Source of the DNA: the human T2T-CHM13v2.0 reference genome, Homo sapiens
Length of the DNA stretch: 64,000 nucleotides
NCBI RefSeq assembly: GCF_009914755.1
Contig: NC_060928.1
Direction: 5' to 3' (one strand)
Below the pieces are notes generated by a model. The model worked only from the letters and a program-made list of their open reading frames with translations. It was not told the origin of the DNA and made no database searches. The first letter of the stretch is position 1; every line of letters begins with the position of its first letter. Below, in pieces: positions 58,592 to 64,000 of the stretch. Made by a program: the position numbers and the translations under genes.

Positions 58592-58900
58592 TTAACAGCT
58601 CTTGACGCGGGCCTGGGTGATATCCGATGTTTTCTTGATGACGCTGGCCCGGGTCTCCCGGTCTGGCCGACTGCTGCTGGATGCTGGGGTCATGGAGGAA
58701 GAAAGGGGGAGGTCTTGAAAAGGGGGCCAGGAGCTGTTGTAAGGCACCGGATTGCTCTCCTCTTTGATGGTGACCTGGAGGTCCGGTTTGTTGGAAGTGA
58801 CGAAGGACGCCATGCCGGGCAGCAGGTAGGAGCCTCGAGTCCCCATGTTGCTGAGGTACTGTTTGCCTTCAATATTCCTCTTCCGCCAGTGTGGCCGCCC
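58592..58900 (-). CDS. IRF2: IRF2 last coding exon (residues ~248-349, C-terminal repression domain)
   Basis: Minus strand after TTCTTGAAAG acceptor translates [51 protein letters not shown]...[23 protein letters not shown], matching the human IRF2 C-terminus as I recall it. 309 nt, phase 0. Contains the IKEE SUMO motif (K293) and the RASVI IRF2BP-binding motif. Confidence 0.98.
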   Translation of the reverse strand, partial: GRPHWRKRNIEGKQYLSNMGTRGSYLLPGMASFVTSNKPDLQVTIKEESNPVPYNSSWPPFQDLPLSSSMTPASSSSRPDRETRASVIKKTSDITQARVKSC

Positions 58901-58958
58901 CTTTCAAGAAAGTAATTAAGATATGTATTTCCTTCTCCTTCTATTGGATGGCTTTTTA

Positions 58959-59275
<317 letters not shown>

Positions 59276-60293
59276 TTTAAAATGAAAAATGTGTCGTTCC
59301 CATGTGTTGGTGCTTTAGCTGAGTTTCTTAAGAACTGCAGAATGAACAAAGGCTTAGCACCTCTACATCCCTCAACTGAAATCTATTGCACCCAGCTATT
59401 CATATGCCAAGTAATGGTTTTTCTTCCCTTTTCTTTTTTTTTAAAAAATCAATTCCCATTTGCTACCTCCCAGAAATACTTTCCAGACTACTCTGTGAAG
59501 GCAGGAAAAGAAGGCAGCAGCTTGGTTTCTGGTTCCCTTGTGCTCTGCGGCTCGGCCCGATTATTCGATAGGTTTCAGGTCACCATGGCCAGTGTGGCAC
59601 AGCGACTCGGTCCCTCAATGCTGGCCCAGTCAACCTGAGCCAACCTGCATTTTCAGAGAAAAGGCAGCGAGGAACTTAGTGACAGGCAATGAATGCCCCT
59701 TGATTGCTTTCAAATGGGGGCGGCTTAGAGCTCCACGGTGTACAGCAAGCAGCGGCCTCAGGGCTGGCTTCATTCAGAGAAGTGGCTAGAGCTGCAACCT
59801 TGAAGAAATCAGGCCAGGGTGTATGGGAGCGTGTACATCTGTCTTTTCAGAATCCCTGCACTTTTTCTCAAAGTGTTTAGTACATGGGAAACCACTAATT
59901 CAAACAACCATGAGCTTCCCTCTCTCTTGCTCCCTCCCTCTCTCTCTCTCATTCACTCAAGCGCAGACCCCCAGCAGGTGGCCAGCAGGAATGCTTTCCA
60001 TCTCCATTCCAGCCACTTTCTGCCATTGTGCACGCCCCATCTATGGGAGGGAGAGGGGACGGGACCCACTCGGAATCGAGATGGGGCACACAACCAGCTC
60101 TGGGCACGGGTCACAGGGGGAGGGAACCCACGCACACGTGGAAGAGGCTTTTGCTTAGCATTTTGTGACGTGTACTGGTCACTGCTTTTGGCTGGGAAGG
60201 CTGCTCTATTTTTGCCGGTGAAGTAGGATGTTTAAGTGGTAAGAGCATCGGCATTTCCCAGCCTCCACTTCAATTCCCTTTTCCTGCTATCAC

Positions 60294-60448
60294 AGCTTCT
60301 CTACCTGATGGTAACATTTAACTCCCTTTCCTCCTTTCAGTTCCAACGCCGAATTTTATAACCCCAAACCCAAAAGTATGGTAAATTCTGGTGATGCATA
60401 TTTCACCACACAAGAAAATCCCAAAGTGAAGCTTGTGATCTAAAGGAA
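60294..60448 (+). repeat. Dispersed direct repeat, copy A (IRF2 intron 8)
   Basis: Aligns to 62086-62242 with ~17 substitutions and 2 one-nt gaps. Confidence 0.9.
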
Positions 60449-60536
60449 AGGTGCATAACCAGCAGCAAGGAAAGCCCGGAGCTGGTCGGGAGGCTTTTCC
60501 TTGGCAGCATCGTGGGCAGGCTGGGCAGTGGCTTAC

Positions 60537-60583
60537 CTCGGCACTCTCTTCATCGCTGGGCACACTATCAGTCGTTTCGCTTT
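60537..60583 (-). CDS. IRF2: IRF2 penultimate coding exon (exon 8, 47 nt)
   Basis: TGAACAG|AAAGCGAAACGACTGATAGTGTGCCCAGCGATGAAGAGAGTGCCGAG|GTAAGC encodes (E)SETTDSVPSDEESAE. Canonical AG/GT, and it joins the last exon in frame. Confidence 0.96.
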
Positions 60584-61069
60584 CTGTTCACAGAGAGAAA
60601 AACACAGGGCCATCATTCCTGTCCCTCAAGCTGTCCCCAGGCTCAGGCAGTGTTTATAAAAAGGAGACTGAGTAACTAAACGCATCACCTCCCTCCCTTT
60701 GTAAAGCGAAACATTCTACATGGGAGAAGCTAGAGTGAATTTCAACTCTGTAATCTTCGGAGAAACCAGGCTTGAGAGCTGTGAGGAGGCTCCCTTGGCC
60801 AGGGCCGGGCTGTGTATACACTGGGCACTACCTCCCAGGAAGGGGCGCTGGTCCCTGGGGCCCTCCTCACTGCAGCTCTGTCCACAATGCCCACATGGGT
60901 CCTGTCTTTCAATCCATGCCAACCAATTCATTTAATTCCCAGTGCAGAGTTGACCGTTTCCAAAAGGTCTTCCTACATTATCCCCATCCCACTCAGATCC
61001 TTCCTTTACCTCTCACCCCTTTAGGACTTAGATCTTGGATTTCTAGAGTTGCATCTGCCATGTGGGTTA

Positions 61070-61620
61070 CTGTAGGTGGACAGATCTGGGGTGCTCCCCA
61101 TGATCCTCACCTCCTTGGATTCACTTTCTTTGGGATTGCCTCCCTTGAGTGTGGATGGAATGTGTCTGCTTCTAACAAATAAGATACAGCAAAGGGGATG
61201 AAATGGATGTGATCCTGTGTCCATGATCATGTTACATAACTCAGAAACCTGCTGGGAGAGGAAACACTCTGCCTTGCTGGCCTTGATAAAGCAAGCAACC
61301 ATGTTGGGAAGGCTCCTATGGCAAAGAACTAAGGACTGCTTCCAGCCAACAGCCAGCAAGAGACTGAGGCCCTTAGTCCAACAACCTGCAAGAAACTTAA
61401 TTTTGCCAAAACCACATGAGCTTGGAAATGGACCCTTCCCCAGTTGAGCCTCAGATGAGACAGCAGCTGTAGCCAACACCTCCATGGCAGGTTTGCAAGA
61501 CTCTGCAGCAGAGGACCCAGCTAAGCCACGCCTGGATTCCTGACTCAAAGAAACTGTAAGATCCAAATGTGTGTCGCTTCAAGCCACTAAGTTTGTGGCT
61601 GCATGGCTATGGCAGCCAAT
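61070..61620 (+). mobile_element. MLT1E-like MaLR LTR in IRF2 intron 7, followed by a MIR (~61640-61830)
   Basis: CCCCATGATCCTCACCTCC..CCCTTGAGTGTGG..CAGCCAACAGCCAGCAAG..AAGCCACTAAGTTTGTGG. Confidence 0.8.
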
Positions 61621-62085
61621 CAGTTGCCATCCCCATTTGGCCTGCCAGCTGTGAGACACTGGGCAAGTTTCTCACCTTTACTGAGCTGCAGTTTTCTCCT
61701 CTGTAAAATGAGGGCACTGCCACCATCTAAGAGGATTACATGGAGAGTGAGTGAGAGGGTACATGGGAAAGGCCTAGCAAGGGCCTGGCACACAGCACAC
61801 ACTCCATACATCAGCACTGCTTAACACTGGGTTTGCACAACAGGCTGGATTAATGGAATCGAAGTCTAGTGATTACACATGACCTATGCTTATAAAAAGC
61901 TTTTTAAACGTAAAAACATTTTGATTTTGTAAAATAAAATATCAATGGTGTGCGATTATTCCAGTGTCCATAACCATTGAGAAATGCAATCACAGAGGGC
62001 AGAGCCTGTGCAATATTTAGGCATTTAGAGATCACTTAGCCTGAGCCATTCGTTTTACAGACAAGGCCTAAAGAGTAGCTGCAAT

Positions 62086-62242
62086 AGCTTCTCTTCCTGA
62101 TGGCAACCTTTAACTGCCTTTCCTCCTATTTAGTTCCAATGCTGAATTTAATAACCCCATACCCAAAAGTATGGTAAATTTTAGGTGACGTATATTTCAC
62201 AACACAAGAAAATCCAAAAGTGAAGCTCGTGTTCTAAAAGAA
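62086..62242 (+). repeat. Dispersed direct repeat, copy B (IRF2 intron 7)
   Basis: Shares ACCCAAAAGTATGGTAAATT (20/20) and ACACAAGAAAATCC with 60294-60448. Confidence 0.9.
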
Positions 62243-64000
62243 GCAAACATTTAGGGAGCCCTATGGGTCAGTGCCATGTCAGAGGCTTTGCATGCAGGTC
62301 TCACAGGGGTCCCACGTCAGCAAGCAGCTGCTCTCATCCCCCGTTACGCAGAAGAGCTCTTATGCTCCAGTGCCTTCCAGCTTTCCACCCGGTCCCTGCT
62401 GAGGGGCTGGCCTCTGTCTCACATCTTCCTGGTGGCAGAGCTGGGATGAGATGGCTCCAGCCCAGACAGAGCCCTTTCTTCCACTGAGAGCATTAGCCCC
62501 AGACCAGGCTCTCTATCAATTAAAGGCAAAAGAACAAATGGACAAACTGTGCCACAGGTGCATTCCTTAAACAAGGAAAGTAAGAATGTGGACTCCACTG
62601 GTCCCAGCCTGGAGTCTCTGGGCCTGTTTCTCAGCCACTGTTCTCCAGTAACTTCACACAAACCTGAGTGATCGCGGTGGGCTGGCCATGAGCATGCAGA
62701 AGACAGATCTCTCCACTCCTCGGACTGGGCATGTTTCCCCAAAACACCCCGTGCTGGGAGCCACAGAGACCCAGAGAAGCCCTCAGCCTCAGCTGACGAC
62801 GATCCCAGCTATGAAGATGAGCTGACGTTGCCGAGCACAAGAATTGTTTCCACGCAGAAACACATGAAAACCAACAGAAAAAGAAAATTCCCCTCCTCAG
62901 AGAACCCTCGTGCTGGCTCAGTATCCTGAGGAGGCAGGAATCGGAACAGCCACTCCCAAGAAGAAAAATGAGGAACAGAGATGTTGAGAAACTTGCCAAA
63001 GTTGCCAACTGAGACAGCACAGAGGAGAGAAAACAAAACTGTACTTCTGATTCCAGGGCCTGTGCACTGCACACAGCAGCCCTGCTTCCCTGCTGTTCTG
63101 GTCTCTGACAACATTTCAAGATCCGCTTTCCATTTTATGCTTAGCTTTCTTTGTGCTCCAAAGCCAAGCTTTCTCTTCCTTTCATACGGGTTCAGATGCT
63201 CTTCACTCCTAATGACTCTCCATAAATATCACTGTCTTCTTTTCCTTTCCCCTCCAAATACAAACAAAGATACGCAACCAAGCATGCTTTGGGGGCTGGG
63301 ATTCCAGCACAGCCCCAGTCGCAGGTGCAGGAGGGGCTGGAAGTCAGATCCTGGGGTAAGGCTCCCGGGTAAGACCTTGCACCGCCCATGAATGTGACCG
63401 GGATGCTAACTTCCTTTAAGTACCCAGTTTTCAGCTTCGGGGAAATAGCTGCAGATAAGAAAAGATACACATGCTCCGAACTTATGTTTTCAGCTGACAC
63501 AAATGCGAGTTAAAGAGCGTCGTGTCTAGATTAAGTTCCACAGCATCTGAAGTCGTCAGGAAGATGCGCCCTATTAGGACACTGACAGTTTCAAAAAGGG
63601 GCCTTCAGTACCTTAGCTTAGGAGCAGAGAACCCTGAACCTCCCCCTGAGGGGAGCAGTTCTCTCTGTGACCCCAGAATCGGTGGCTCCAAGTGCTTTGT
63701 TGGATGCACTGCGCCCCGTGTCCTCTGTTTCCTTGGTTTGACCACCATTGCCACTTCCACGCTGACTTCTTACACAAGGGAGCTGACTGCAGCTGGGCCT
63801 CCAGATCAGTGTTACTATCGAACTATCAACATACGTTGTCATTTCATTTTCCCTTTTGATTAGTTTGAATTTGTTTTTGCTTTTTGTTTATTACTTACTT
63901 CGAATACAATGGAATAAAGAAGTCTGGAGTTGCTTCTCCAGCAACTCCAAACAAATGAAGAAGCTGAAGGTGTTCGTACAGTACCAACAGGCACATGAGT

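Noticed and set aside
60318-60563. ORF 'MPSDEESAEVSH...'
   Set aside because: Exon 8 read through its donor into the intron; not a separate gene.
61021-61566. 181-aa intronic ORF
   Set aside because: Entirely within the MLT1E LTR.
62243-62400. Pseudo-exon copy of exon 8 next to repeat copy B
   Set aside because: Homology ends at ~62242; no donor or exon-like sequence at the equivalent offset.

Overview
Human (primate) genomic DNA. The right end holds the 3' end of IRF2 (interferon regulatory factor 2, minus strand, chr4q35). It includes the 47-nt penultimate coding exon (60537-60583), the last exon (CDS 58592-58900, ending ...[19 protein letters not shown]) and a ~1 kb 3'UTR with AATAAA at 57584-57589. 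The other ~57 kb is downstream intergenic DNA dense in Alu, L1, MaLR/ERV LTRs, MIR/L2 and DNA-transposon relics. I recall lincRNAs being annotated between ENPP6 and IRF2, but I cannot define their exons from sequence. No other protein-coding gene is supported, and most ORF-track entries are repeat-derived. I found no wholly new multi-gene system. The most interesting observations are: (1) a tail-less 99-nt L1 5' end that stops exactly at the L1 +98 splice donor between perfect 14-bp target duplications; (2) IRF2 exon 8, bracketed by a ~155-bp direct repeat, with an IRF-binding motif over its splice acceptor that has an exact 10-nt complement ~120 nt upstream; skipping this exon would give an NMD-escaping IRF2 lacking its repression domain; (3) LTR-borne tandem GAS sites plus IRF/kB/AP-1 clusters downstream of IRF2; (4) a palindromic TA-rich array inside an MLT2A LTR; (5) a 146-bp tandem duplication. 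Repeat subfamily calls are by eye and their boundaries are approximate.
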